Source: Octopus bimaculoides
Taxonomy: Eukaryota
Assembly: GCF_001194135.2 (NCBI RefSeq)
Contig: NC_068993.1
Location: forward strand, 13,799,633-13,843,989
Direction: 5' to 3'
Length of the DNA stretch: 44,357 nt
This document shows, one piece after another, positions 1 to 12,544 of the stretch. The stretch's first letter is position 1. Each line of letters starts with the position of its first letter. The notes under the pieces are model-generated. The model was not told the origin of the DNA and searched no databases. It saw only the letters and a list, made by a program, of their open reading frames with translations. A program made the translations under genes and the position numbers.

Positions 1-59
1 TTTTTTTTTTTTTTTTTTTTCCTTCCTTCCCCCTCCCAAAAAGAAAAGCTCTACATTGT

Positions 60-105
60 ATTTGTCCCATCTTCGTTGAGCCCTGTGTGGCTAATAAAAG
101 AAATG
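60..105 (+). mobile_element. Isolated 3' tail fragment of SINE family A
   Basis: TTTGTCCCATCTTCGTTGAGCCCTGTGTGGCTAATAAAAGAAAT resembles a 3' end I recall for this octopus SINE; no head present. Confidence 0.4.
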
Positions 106-224
106 TATCTATCAATCTATCTATCTATCTATCGTACCTATGTGTGTTTGTGTGCATGTGTGTTCAGGTATATGTGTACAATGAATTTGTATATATGTAT
201 GTATGCCTGTGTGTCAGTTTGTTT

Positions 225-228
<4 letters not shown>

Positions 229-293
<65 letters not shown>

Positions 294-377
294 NNNNNNN
301 NNNGTACACACACACTCACAAACACACACACACACACACACACACATACACACATATATATATATATATATATATCT
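229..377. repeat. Compound (TA)n/(CA)n microsatellite spanning a 10-N gap
   Basis: Directly visible; preceded by a short (TATC)n at ~105-133. Confidence 0.97.
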
Positions 378-526
378 ACTTCCACACACTCATAGATATT
401 ATCATACCCGTACCTAATTTTTAGTTGTTCGCTTTTGAGTATTCTTGATGATTAAGTACCCTTACTTTGTGAACTTCACGCATATCTTAGTCAAGATTTA
501 AATCGCTCCTTGGTATGTCATGATTT

Positions 527-538
527 CTGACTTACCTT
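527..538 (-). other. Consensus 5' splice donor AAG|GTAAGT (exon would end at 536)
   Basis: Plus strand ACTTACCTT at 530-538. All three upstream frames are closed, so the exon would be non-coding. Confidence 0.35.
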
Positions 539-598
539 GTAAATCACTCTATAGATATCTTCACCAGTTCAATAAGATAGGATGTTTCACTTTTATAT

Positions 599-600
<2 letters not shown>

Positions 601-667
<67 letters not shown>
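601..667. repeat. (CT)n microsatellite
   Basis: About 33 perfect units. Confidence 0.98.
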
Positions 668-671
<4 letters not shown>

Positions 672-1216
672 GTCTGAATAATTTTTATGCATCACTTCGT
701 TTTTATTCACACATTCGACGACCGACGGCCATTGTTTTTCCGCACGCTTCAGGGAACCTCTTTCTACACCTGCTCCAGAAGCAATTAGTCGGTAAATGTC
801 AATGTATCTGGAAAATTTTAAGTACAGTAAATACACGCATATATTTTTTTTATATGAAAATATTTAAGATTTGTGCTTTCTGCTTATTTGTTTCACGTAG
901 GCATTGAATATAACCCAAAATAATTTCTAATTAATTCTTTAAAAGCAATAATTTCCGTGATTAGACCTAATCAAATATGTACGGTTCGAGATATATGTGT
1001 GCTACGTTTTTGCACGTCATATGAATATGTCTGTGTTTGAAAGTGAGTATAGTTTTGTGTGAGTATGTTTCGGCTCTTTTAGTCCTGAATCCTACTTCAC
1101 GGAGATCAACTTTTACTGGGTAAGCGAAAACAAAGTATCAATATTGGAGCGACTTTATCATTTAGCTCTCCACCTCAAAATTTCTGGTTCCACGCCTAAA
1201 CCAGAAAACTTTATTT

Positions 1217-1428
1217 GGGCGGCGGATTTGCAGAGTCGTTATAGTATCGTACAAATGAATTGTGGGAATCAATGGTTTCTTTCCATACTGTCATGAAATT
1301 CCGCAAAAGTCAATTTAGCGTTTCATCCTTCTGGAGTCGATAAAGTAATGTACCGCTGAAGTATTAAGTTTAACGTTATGGACTAACTGTATCCTCTCAA
1401 AATTTACTTGCCTTGCAACTAAAAAACA
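1217..1428 (+). mobile_element. tRNA-derived SINE family A, old degenerate copy
   Basis: Aligns by eye to 25240-25452: GGCGGCGGATTTGCAGAGTCG head, TTTCATCCTTCTGGAGTCGATAAA core, CCTTG..AAAA tail. Confidence 0.6.
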
Positions 1429-2169
1429 CAATTGTAACTGATATTGGCAATGATGATGCTACTCGTTGTTTCTTCAGCTGCGGATTTTGATTGGAATCCT
1501 AGGGCATATTGACATGATTACATCATTTTGCGATGCAAGTTCAAATATCACGTAGATCAACATTATGCCCCGTGAATCTATGGTCAAGAAAAATACGGAT
1601 CGATAATCTAATAGATTACAAGTCTGAGTATTTCTAGCTACGAAGGCTCGAAATCCTTATTTTTATGAGTGACGACATTGGATTTTGTATATATTTTTAT
1701 TACACACCGGTATGTAGTTTTCCACCTATTTGAGCGAGCATCCATGCATTGTTGTACGCATACAACATCTTTTCCTAAATAGAAGAGACTAACAAAACGG
1801 TAAGAATGAAGTGAAGCAGAAATATTTCACAATCGATTTGCGTTTTACTCTCGGAGACTGCAGTTTCGCTAGGACAGCATTATTTGCGAACTGATTTCTT
1901 CAGTTGCAAGATCACTGAAGTACAAGATGGCCCAGGATGTTTGATTAGTGTTGTATACGAAAGGTCAACGCAGGTCCTTTCAAGCATGCACTTTTTCCGT
2001 GTGTCTCCGCCATCGCACGAATGTCGCGAATACACGCAATGGTATTGATTTTTGCTTGAGCTAAGGTAGTGTTGTCATCTAAGAGAATAATTTTAAATAA
2101 AGAAGTTAACGTTAGCAAAAAAATGTGCGGTAGGAACAAATAGAAATGGAACGAAAATACGAAACTAAA

Positions 2170-2233
2170 TTATAGAAATATCATATAGATATATGCATAC
2201 ATTATAGAAATATCATACGGATACATGCATACA
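2170..2233. repeat. 32-bp tandem duplication
   Basis: TTATAGAAATATCATATAGATATATGCATACA followed by TTATAGAAATATCATACGGATACATGCATACA (3 mismatches). Confidence 0.9.
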
Positions 2234-2301
2234 TATATACATATATATAAATATATATAAACATGCATATATATTTACATATATCTATATGTTTCTCTCT
2301 C

Positions 2302-2335
<34 letters not shown>

Positions 2336-2377
2336 NNNNNNNNNNNNNNNNNNNNNNNNNNNNNNNNNNNNNNNNNN

Positions 2378-2421
<44 letters not shown>

Positions 2422-3439
2422 ATCATATATATATAAATATGTGCAAACATAAACACTTGAAACGTGTGTGTGTGTTTGTGCATGGTGTGTGTGCACGAGC
2501 GTTATGAAAATATAAAACTATGGCGTAATCCATTTACTGAAAGCCTAACTATGCTACCAAAAGCCTCATATCAAACACAGAATGCACAATATTGTGAATA
2601 TGTAGCGAAGGATGAAATTGAAAACATACCGATTCGACAAAAACATATCTTACTTTCCTGTAGAGTTTATGTTTGCTTTAAAAATCCAACAGTATAATTG
2701 TCAGAAAAATGTAACGGAAGAAATGGAGTTTCGGTACTCAACATTTGAAGTGGTGTATACTTATCTCCTCTTTTAGAAATATGAATTTCAATCGTTAGTG
2801 CTAGTGCCATAACAATAACCGAGGTAACTTTCTGTTCTGAACAAAATGAAAGAATATTTGTTTATTATCGACAAAAATGGCTTTCGTCAGTTATGACAAG
2901 CCAGCATGAAATTTCATTCAAATCAAATCAAGAAATATAATATTTACGCATTAACAGCATCCGTGCCGAATTATCACACCTCAATTAAATGTTCATGTTC
3001 AACATAGAACAACAACGTTCTATATATGCGAAGTATATGATAGTAGATTTTACCCATATTATGACACTGTCACGGTTGTGTCTGACACCTAACGTTACAG
3101 AGGAACACCGTTAGTTAATTGCATCCCAAGTATACATCTGATCATTGACGAAAGATCGATTACTCTACATTACCGGGCGCCTACCTCAACGGTCCTGTTC
3201 TATTAATGATCAATGGTGTAAACTGATTTGATACTTCTAAAACGTATTCGATTCAATTTAACAATGAACCACTGGCAAAATATATACACAAAAAAACAAC
3301 AACCTATGGTGAATACATGTACTCTTTGGCCCAAGGTACTGTTTATCGTCACGTACTTTCTATAATAAACAGTGCCTTGGTCCAATGGTTTTTATGTAAG
3401 GTTCTTATACAAACGAATTCGTTGAAAATTGCAAATAGA

Positions 3440-4060
3440 GTTCTATATCAAGAATTGGTCTGGGCTGGTTTCCATTTGAATGGTTGGCGGCCATGTTCAC
3501 AAAAAGCATTAACAGCTGTAGGCCTCAGGTAAACAGTCTTCGTAGAACGTATGCATTGCGGCCAGTGGTAGAAATTCTTCGATCACAGAAAGTGTAACTT
3601 GTCAGTGCAAAGATTGAGATATGGGGCTAAGAAATCTCTAGACAAGATGAAGTGTGCGTTTTCATAAAGTAGTACGTAGGTGTGGTGAGGAGAATAAGGG
3701 TGGGGTCTTCGAATGGTTAGAATGTGTGAATGTAGCACAACTTGTACGAGTAGCGACAACGAGGATAGAAGACAGGGTGGAGATTTAGATCCCTTGTATG
3801 AGAGAAGAAATGCAATATAAGCCGTTAACTGGGGCATGAAATAGGTTATTCTTGAGGTGAGGGATTGCGAGTTGGCGGATGAACAGAGGAAGCGGATGAG
3901 TTGAATAGAAAAGTTTAACCGGTTGAGTAGAGTGAAACTCTCATGAAAAACCAAAGAGAGTACGGGCTGAGTAAGATGTGAATAAAGGAGGTGTCGTAAG
4001 AAGCACAGTGGAAAACAAGGCGGAAATCTTTTGGAAAGTGAGTCTGTTGTAGACATCGAC
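3440..4060 (-). mobile_element. Possible decayed Penelope-like element remnant (RT-C/GIY-YIG linker region)
   Basis: Non-repetitive island with a 157-aa open frame (3583-4056). Frameshifted fragments PVLSLVFH, SHTRDLNL and PRCRYSYKLC resemble PLE linker motifs (PLVLTYHP, xKRDxNL, PRCxxC). Similarity judged by eye. Confidence 0.3.
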
Positions 4061-4120
4061 TAGAAAAAGTAACATTTGTTCAGTATATGCTTGTATACAT
4101 TCATAAGGCGTCCTCGTATT

Positions 4121-4325
4121 GTTTTCAAATTTTGGCACAAGGCCAGCAATTTCGGGCTGTGCTTAAGTCGATTACATCGACCCCAGTGCTCAACTGGCAT
4201 TTATTTTATCGTCCCCGAAATGATGGAAGGCAAAATCCGCTTCTGCAAAATTTGAAATCAGGACGGACAAAATGCCGCTAAGCATTTTGTCTGTTATGCT
4301 AACGATTCTTCCATTTCGCAGCCGG
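4121..4325 (-). mobile_element. tRNA-derived SINE family A, near full length
   Basis: Reverse complement gives GAATCGTTAGCA..AAAATGCTTAGCGGCATTT..GCACTGGGGTCGATGTAATCGACTTA..AAATTGCTGGCCTTGTGCCAAAATTTGAAAAC, matching the plus copies. Confidence 0.85.
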
Positions 4326-5007
4326 CGTCCTTGACACATCTGAAGTAGGAGTGTACAAAAAAAAAAATATAGAAGAAATGTAGTTCTTGGTGAATCTATA
4401 AGGATGAGAAAGCGAATTTCTGAGTCAGAGAGTCAAGCTTCCACAGTCATTTAGATTTGCAACATTCGAAGCAAGTTGTTAACTTTTTCATGCTCACTAG
4501 ACAGAATTCGCCATTCAAAAGAGAACAACTACAGGAAATGAACTGCAAAAAACAAAAACAAAAAAGAAACACTATCATTCCCTTATGGATTCACTGTATA
4601 TACACATATATATATTTATATATGTAACTGCTTATACCTGTGTGTATGTCCGTATACATGTTTGTATGTTTCTCTGCTAGCGCGAGTGTGTGTGTATATG
4701 TGTTTCTGTGTGTGTGAATGTGTCTGTGTCTGTGAGCAATAAGACCAACCCAGACAATCGGGATTAACATATATTTGAAGTCGAAGCTTACTTTGTATTA
4801 GTTATTTGAATGTATCTAAATTTACTTTTGTTCTAGAACAGGGGCGATTAATATTTTTAAGTTTTCTCTGTTTATATTCTCTCACACTAATACACGCACA
4901 TATAAAATAACGTATTCTTTATGCTTGTGCATCTGACTGCAATATGTGTATATGTATATGTATATATTCGTGTGTGTATATACATACATACATACATACA
5001 TATATTC

Positions 5008-5043
<36 letters not shown>

Positions 5044-5718
5044 NNNNNNNNNNNNNNNNNNNNNNNNNNNNNNNNNNNNNNNNNNNNNNNNNNNNNNNNN
5101 NNNNNNNNNNNNNNNNNNNNNNNNNNNNNNNNNNNNNNNNNNNNNNNNNNNNNNNNNNNNNNNNNNNNNNNNNNNNNNNNNNNNNNNNNNNNNNNNNNNN
5201 NNNNNNNNNNNNNNNNNNNNNNNNNNNNNNNNNNNNNNNNNNNNNNNNNNNNNNNNNNNNNNNNNNNNNNNNNNNNNNNNNNNNNNNNNNNNNNNNNNNN
5301 NNNNNNNNNNNNNNNNNNNNNNNNNNNNNNNNNNNNNNNNNNNNNNNNNNNNNNNNNNNNNNNNNNNNNNNNNNNNNNNNNNNNNNNNNNNNNNNNNNNN
5401 NNNNNNNNNNNNNNNNNNNNNNNNNNNNNNNNNNNNNNNNNNNNNNNNNNNNNNNNNNNNNNNNNNNNNNNNNNNNNNNNNNNNNNNNNNNNNNNNNNNN
5501 NNNNNNNNNNNNNNNNNNNNNNNNNNNNNNNNNNNNNNNNNNNNNNNNNNNNNNNNNNNNNNNNNNNNNNNNNNNNNNNNNNNNNNNNNNNNNNNNNNNN
5601 NNNNNNNNNNNNNNNNNNNNNNNNNNNNNNNNNNNNNNNNNNNNNNNNNNNNNNNNNNNNNNNNNNNNNNNNNNNNNNNNNNNNNNNNNNNNNNNNNNNN
5701 NNNNNNNNNNNNNNNNNN
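5044..5718. other. Assembly gap (675 N) flanked by (TA)n
   Basis: N run. Confidence 1.
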
Positions 5719-5838
5719 ATATATATATATATATATATACATACCCTTATACGCACATGCACTCATGCAGAAACACACAAAACACACACACACACACATA
5801 CACACACACAAAAGCACTTACATACACGGACACATATA

Positions 5839-5989
5839 TGAGGGGTGGGTGCGGAAAAGTCACTGACTCTTAGGGTGTCGCGAATGGCCAAGTTGGAGGG
5901 CCAACCTTCTGTGTGCCTTTACAGGGCTTAGCAAAGCTAACGAACGGCTGCAATAAGTGTGTGAATCTGTGAAGGGAATATGTCGAATA
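5839..5989 (+). mobile_element. Internally deleted mariner remnant: TIR-like end fused to transposase C-terminus
   Basis: Starts TA-TGAGGGGTGGGTGCGGAAAAGT. 5925-5990 translates GLAKLTNGCNKCVNL*REYVE, matching the mariner C-terminal pattern GIxKLxxRWxKCxxxxGxYxE. Confidence 0.6.
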
Positions 5990-6080
5990 TATATATATCA
6001 TAATTAACGGATCATTTTGCCTTTTATTTGGCCCAAAGACAGGAAAGTTTCAGCACCCACGTATACATAATTTCTATATA

Positions 6081-6312
6081 CAGGGCGTTCAAAAAGTCTG
6101 TCTGCAGGAAGTATTTAATGGTTTTCGGGCGATTCTTGTACGCTGATCGTTTACTCGCTCCCCAGACCAAAAAAATTGGCGTTGTTAAATCAGGTGTCCT
6201 TAGTGGCTAAAGTCCCTTTGAAATAATCCATTCACCGAAAAACTCTTGAATTAGCGGCAACTGATGCGCAGGATGAAAAGATTCACTGCGAAGAGACCTT
6301 TTGAACACACTG
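6081..6312. mobile_element. Tc1/mariner-type MITE, 232 bp, TA target duplication
   Basis: Left TIR CAGGGCGTTCAAAAAGTCTGT; right TIR (revcomp) CAGTGTGTTCAAAAGGTCTCT (17/21 identical). TA at 6079-6080 and 6313-6314. Confidence 0.8.
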
Positions 6313-6525
6313 TATTAGGCATAATATAATACCAGTGGTAGGTTACAAGATTCGCCCAAAACCAAGTACATGACCGATACAATAGTTTGCCGAGCTCGAA
6401 ATGATGATATCCCAAGTTAATTTTGATGTGTTTTGAACTAGGAATGTAGAGGGTTGCAAGAAATGACGTGTGACATTTTTCTAACTTACGAACGATGTTG
6501 CCAGAACATGTTTATGCCTATTTAA

Positions 6526-6669
<144 letters not shown>

Positions 6670-6728
6670 ATATAGCTCCATCCATGAAATTGCTGATCGC
6701 GTGCCAGAATTTGAAACCGTTATAAAAA

Positions 6729-6954
6729 CGGCGCAAGTCTTCGAGCTGACAAAACCATTAGCACAACACTTAGCAAGCAAAACACTTAGCGGCATTTAGT
6801 CCGTCTTCACGTTGTGAATAAAAAATTCTGCCGAGGTCAACGTTGTCTTTCATCCTTTCGGGATCGATAAAATAAGTACCAGTTGAGCGCCTACGCAAAT
6901 TAATCGACTTAAGACCTCACTCGAAATTGGTGGCCAGTGCCAAAATTTGAATCC
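6729..6954 (+). mobile_element. SINE family A copy, preceded by the tail of another copy (~6700-6720)
   Basis: CGAGCTGACAAAACCATTAGCAC..CTTAGCGGCATTT..CTTTCATCCTTTCGGGATCGATAAAATAAGTACCAGTTGAGC..TGCCAAAATTTGAATCC; upstream GTGCCAGAATTTGAAACC. Confidence 0.8.
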
Positions 6955-7499
6955 ATAAAGCGCGAGTTAGCTGATTAGTTGGATTACCGGACAAAATCCT
7001 CTGCAACATGACTAGAGAAGGTAATATTTACCTATTCATGAACGTACTCACATAATTAAGGGAATTAATTAACATCGGTGAACTAATATTCTTGAAAAAC
7101 TTGAGCAACATTCACACATGCCCGACAAATTCTTATATCATCTTCCCGGATCTGTGTATTTATTTTGACGACCTCCATAGTCTCGCGTTTTCGCGTGTAT
7201 GCCTATTTTCCTAGAAGATTTGTGGAATGTTACGGGTAAAGACAAAACCTCTTATAGAAAGTAATATAAGTTTCATGTCACAAAAATTACAATGGTTTGT
7301 GGACAAAATAGTAAAATGTCTATAAGAAAATCAGAGATGAAATCCTTACAAAACAGAAAACAAATACCCACTTCCGTAGAACTGGCAATAGCACTGTCAT
7401 TTTACATTTGTTTTCCGAGATATTTTTCATTATTTTTAGATTGCTTACACAAACATAACTACACAAACTTTCAAGATTTCACCGTATCTGTAATATGCA

Positions 7500-7635
7500 A
7501 TGATAACTATCTATCTATGTATGTACAAATGCATTTATGTGTATGTTTGTATTTATGCATATGTGTATGTATATGTAAATACATGCACGCATACTCACAC
7601 AGATATATGTATATATATTTGAATATATATATACC

Positions 7636-7667
<32 letters not shown>

Positions 7668-7810
7668 TATATANNNNNNNNNNGTATGCATACACACACA
7701 TATATACATATGTGTGTGTGAGAGAGTGCATGTGTGATTTTTGTCATTGTGTGTGTATATTCCTTTATGTATATACACATATATATATATATTTATGTAT
7801 ATGTAAATAC

Positions 7811-7843
<33 letters not shown>

Positions 7844-7905
7844 CATGCATATATATGTGTATATATATATGTGGGTGTGTGTAGATATATGTGTATGTGC
7901 ATGTG
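7500..7905. repeat. Degenerate (TA)/(TG) low-complexity tract with 10-N gap
   Basis: Directly visible. Confidence 0.9.
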
Positions 7906-8707
7906 AGTCTGTATCCATATACAGGAAAGCAGAAAGTCAGTGAGGGAGAAAAAATATATATGGTGAGAAAGATAGAGAGGATGGTTATGAGAATCAAGGA
8001 GCGGGATGTGAGACGGTGACTAAAATATATCGTCATGTCTGTATAACTGAAGACATAATTGTACTCGCGCGCTATGCCAGCATTTGAACATACATTTGGC
8101 ATTTGTCCAGAGTAAATGTTATAAGTAAAACTGATACAATTCCAAGAATCTTCCATACGCTTCTAACGTGGTTTGCGATTTTCCAGTATATGGCAAAATA
8201 TGGAAATATATATATAAAAATATGTAAATTTGTGAGTTTGTTTACGTATAAATAGGCATGTATATAGATTATATGTGTGTCTAGGCGCAAGATTGAGTGG
8301 TGTTTCGACTCACGATCATAACTTGTGTCTTCTTCCTCGACCAATTGGCGCTATGTATCAATCAACATTGCACATAATTCTCCTGTGTTACAGTCAACTG
8401 CGATAAAAATGTGTACCAACCGTCTTCTAGTGCAGCTGTTTTTACCTGTTTTCACACCATCTATATGCTTCTGGTCAAATTTAGGTGCCATGAGAGTGTC
8501 AATGCCTGCTTGCATGTATAAGGGCATTTAAAACTATTTCAGAAAGCAAATATCTATATGTTCATTGTGAATCCCAGAATATTAAGCCTTCTTTTAAAAA
8601 GAAAACTATATTTGTATTACACTATCTTTGAAATACCTAATGGTATTTCGATCCCTTCATGTTCTGTTTTCTACTGTCCTATATGATTTTTTATGCGCAC
8701 TTTTTAA

Positions 8708-9002
8708 AGCCTAGCTAGGCTCATGGGCCTAGTTTCCCGGTTTCTATGGCATATATGTTCTCCCCAGCTGGACGGGACGCCAGTCCATCGCAGCGTTACT
8801 CAAGGAACAGGAAGAAAGTGTGAGAGAAAAGTTGGGGCGAAAGAGTACAACAGGGGTTGTTGCCACCACCCCCTGCCCGAGCCTCGTGTAGCTTTGGGTG
8901 TTTTCGCTCAATAAACACACACAACGCCTGGTCTGAGAATCGAAACCGCGATCATCCGACTGCGAGTCCGCTGTCCTAGCCACTGAGCCATTGCTCCTCC
9001 AC
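8708..9002 (-). mobile_element. tRNA-derived SINE family C, short-tail variant
   Basis: Revcomp head GGAGGAGCAATGGCTCAGTGG..GGACTCGCAG..GGTTTCGATTCTC has A- and B-box-like motifs. The first ~190 bp are shared with 20083-20475. Tail contains GCGATGGACTGGCGTCCCGTCCAG. Confidence 0.85.
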
Positions 9003-10295
9003 AAGTCTATATGATAGCGTTTCCGATTAAATATCTGTCAATGCGTATGTGCGTCTGTGTGCGGGTTTGTGTTTCTGTGTGAGTGCGTGTGTGTGTGTGT
9101 GTATGTGTGTGCGTATTTGCTTCATTCCCATGAAGCTTAGCTTTCATATTACTTTCTGATTGATAACGTATAGTATTAGTCGTCTTGGAGGTGTTTGTAA
9201 TATATTAGTATAGCTATTAGTCGTCTTTAGTTTTTCATGTTATGCTATATTACAAAAGACACTTTAGAAATAGGAGTATAACCTTGGAAAGTAAATTTAT
9301 GGATCATTTGTTTCAAATTCAATTACAATTGCCGATCATAAACCATTGTTTTTATTTATCCTTTTTCATACCGGACAAGATATCGAAAGAGGGCTCAGTT
9401 TGAGTGGTAGTTTCAAACGTTGTTGCCCTACTGGTCACTGTCCAAAGTGAAAATGAATACATAAATTCTATTATTAAAGGCTTTTCTTGATCGGGTACAT
9501 TGCATAACTGACGAAGTTTTGGTGACTAGTTCCATTAAATCAATTATCGATGATATAACGGTGTCAACTTCAGTTTTTTTTTTCTATTATGCAAAATAAA
9601 TATATAGATTTCAGCTGACATTGCTCTTGTAAATTGGCTAACATTAATGAACTGACACAGTAGTCATAACATACTGTCTTTTGTAGAGATTTTCATCGGG
9701 AATAGAAATGGGAAGTGGTCTGGACAATTATAACACCGTTGAAGTTTCACGGCAATATTTATCTGAAATTTATAGTTTGTTTCAGTAATATGTCATATCA
9801 CAAATGTATTAACTTCATCATGATTCACTGTAGGATCGATATTGCTTGCGCATCAGTTTTTAATCGATCATGCGGCTGAACGTCATTAATTCATCTATGA
9901 ATTCTTTCGGCAGAATCCACGCAGATGCAAAGATTTTACAACATTTAACCAGTCTCCGCTTATCTCACTCTGTTGATTCATTGCTTACTACGGCAACGTC
10001 CTCTTTGGCAACTTCCAACATCACTTCAAACCATTGGTCTTGGACGTTTTGCAAAGGTGTGAACGCCATTCTTTCTCTACTACTGTTAAAGCATAATTAG
10101 ACAACAAATATTCCTAAGAAAACTGCAAGAAATATACAATGGTGTCTCTGTTTCAAAGTAAATCAACTTTATGATGGTACACACTGATTATTTGGTAAAT
10201 AAAATGTACTTAGGCACAACTTCCATTTTGCTATGAACAACGGTATATAGTGACCGTCCAATAAGTTTCGCATAGCTCATTTATTCTGAATATGG

Positions 10296-10355
<60 letters not shown>

Positions 10356-10360
10356 GTATG

Positions 10361-10398
<38 letters not shown>
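10296..10398. repeat. (TATG)n/(TA)n microsatellite
   Basis: Directly visible. Confidence 0.95.
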
Positions 10399-10400
<2 letters not shown>

Positions 10401-10878
10401 AAAATGGGACAAGAACGCAAAACATCCAGACAGACGATAGAAAGAAAACAAGGACGGGTCATTCAGAATTTTCTGTTCTCAGTCGAGTCCAGATTATCTT
10501 TGCAATTTCGGCTGGTTCGCTTACTTCGTTCATTCCACTCTTCATTCTTTCGTTCCCCCTCTCTCATATTTCCTGGTCTTCTCATCATGCTAACTTTCCT
10601 TACTCTTTCACTTCACTGTGTCCTTTTCATTTTTTTCTCGCCCCTCCTTAATTCTTCTATCCCTCTGCCTCTACCTCTCACCCTTCTATCCCCACGTGAT
10701 CGGTGTTCGGCCAAGTTTGACCTTTCTTTCTTGGTTCGACTACAATCAGGGCAACATCTCTATTTCTCCCTGTGCCTGTCAAATATTATGTCCCTGCCGT
10801 AAGGCTTCGTCAGATTAATTTAAATCGTCGTTATTCGAAGACACCTGTTATGTCCTGTTATTTGCATTTGTATTTGTT
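10398..10878. mobile_element. Dispersed repeat homologous to 20763-21180, with its second part inverted (Penelope-like terminal region suspected)
   Basis: 10398-10517 matches 20763-20915 in the same orientation; 10766-10878 matches 21045-21178 as reverse complement. The family assignment is inference. Confidence 0.7.
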
Positions 10879-12544
10879 CATATTCCTATATATCAAATTA
10901 ATGGTCGTCCCTTTTTTGTATAATTGTAGAGCAAATATTTTAGCGAAGGAAAACAAGACGGTTATGCGTTACTAGTTTGTTGCATTCATGAATGAATTCA
11001 AAGGAAAATATTATGCATTTGTTCGAAGTGGTGCTTTAAAAAGTGTTCTGCTCACATTTCAGTGGAACCGTCTATAGTGTGCACTGAAGACTACAGAAAT
11101 ATATTCAATTTTACTAATATTCCTCACCGACAGTCGGTAAGTAACACTGCTGGAGTAAATGTCGTATTCTTTAGATGTTTCTCACTACGTGCATAAATCT
11201 TCGTAGATAATAATATCTATGCCTGTCATAGACTGAAGATTAAGGGGATTTAATGGAAAAAAATAGCTGTGTTGCTCTTCAAAACTGATGGGCTATTGAA
11301 CTAAAGCAAAAATCAATATTATTGAATATGATTGTCAAGAAGGTTTCTTATCTAATTAAGGAACATGCAGTCAGTCCTCTGTTCTTCGTCAATTCAACTA
11401 TTCAATTCAACTATCATCTCTGATGACTAAATCGAAAAGAAGAGCTTTGTGTATTGTACAAAGATTCAACACAAATTCTTCAGAATAGAAGGAATTCACA
11501 CACACACTCATTGCGACAATTCGTATTCGAAATGCCAATTAGTATGATCAAATGCAATTTCTATAGAATCAAATATAAATATTTCATCTTTGAAATCCAT
11601 TGCTGCATTCTTAGTCCGACAAGAATGCAGCTGTCAAGTCAACTTGTTCTTTAAACAATAGATTATCACACGATTTATGGACGTCTATTGTCACTAATAA
11701 ATTATTCGATATCTGTTGTTGTCTCTTATTAAATCGTCCTAAAATCGCATCTTTGTCTTGTTTACACCGTTTCTTTTATATATTTTATATATATGCTTTT
11801 ATATATTTACTTTATTTTATTTTCATTTTCTTTTTCGATATTTCTGTCTAGGAGTTGTTCAAGTTTTAAGTTAACGTTATTGATTTTTCTCTTCATTTTC
11901 GTCAGTCACTTTTCTCATTTGAACATAAATTAAGAGGAATTGTTTTAATTGTTGTTTTTGTTTTCAATTTATTTTATGAATATAATAATAATAAAAAAAA
12001 AAGATTTGTTTAGCTTAAAAGTGATTCGTTGATTCTGTGAAAACAAAACATTTGAAATTTACATTTATCTGAATAATAATTAATATAATAATTCATTTTT
12101 TTCCTTCTTTTCGACGTTCATAAAAAATTTCAAACTTATTTGATGAGTCGGGAAAATAAAATTTCGATTTGGTGGCATTAATGCATTTCCAAAGAGAATT
12201 AAAGTCGAACTTTTAACGATTATACTTTCCCAACTAAAACGAATCAGAAGGATTTTAAACTGGATACGCTCTAATAAATTACAATGTCTAAAACAAGTCA
12301 ATTCTTTAGGGATATTTTTTCTTATTAATTTTATACCAATAACGCTATTGGTTACTTGTAAATTAGCGGATTCATTATGGCAATCAAGAAAAATACCATT
12401 AAACAAGTTGACAATTTGTACTGCATGAGCAATATTTACGTTTATCTCTTTAGATGTTATAATTCCTAAGAGCCTACAATTTGTGAGCTTGGCAGAGCAT
12501 ATTTCGTGAATGTTTCCATGTGTTTAGATATTTAAATTTATAGT

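Noticed and set aside
1945-2139. 64-aa minus ORF
   Set aside because: No ATG start, recognisable motif or splice support.
8072-8200. GPCR-like YWKIA..KILGIVSVLL peptide
   Set aside because: Too short for two TM segments, ends in a stop, and no other receptor exons are present.
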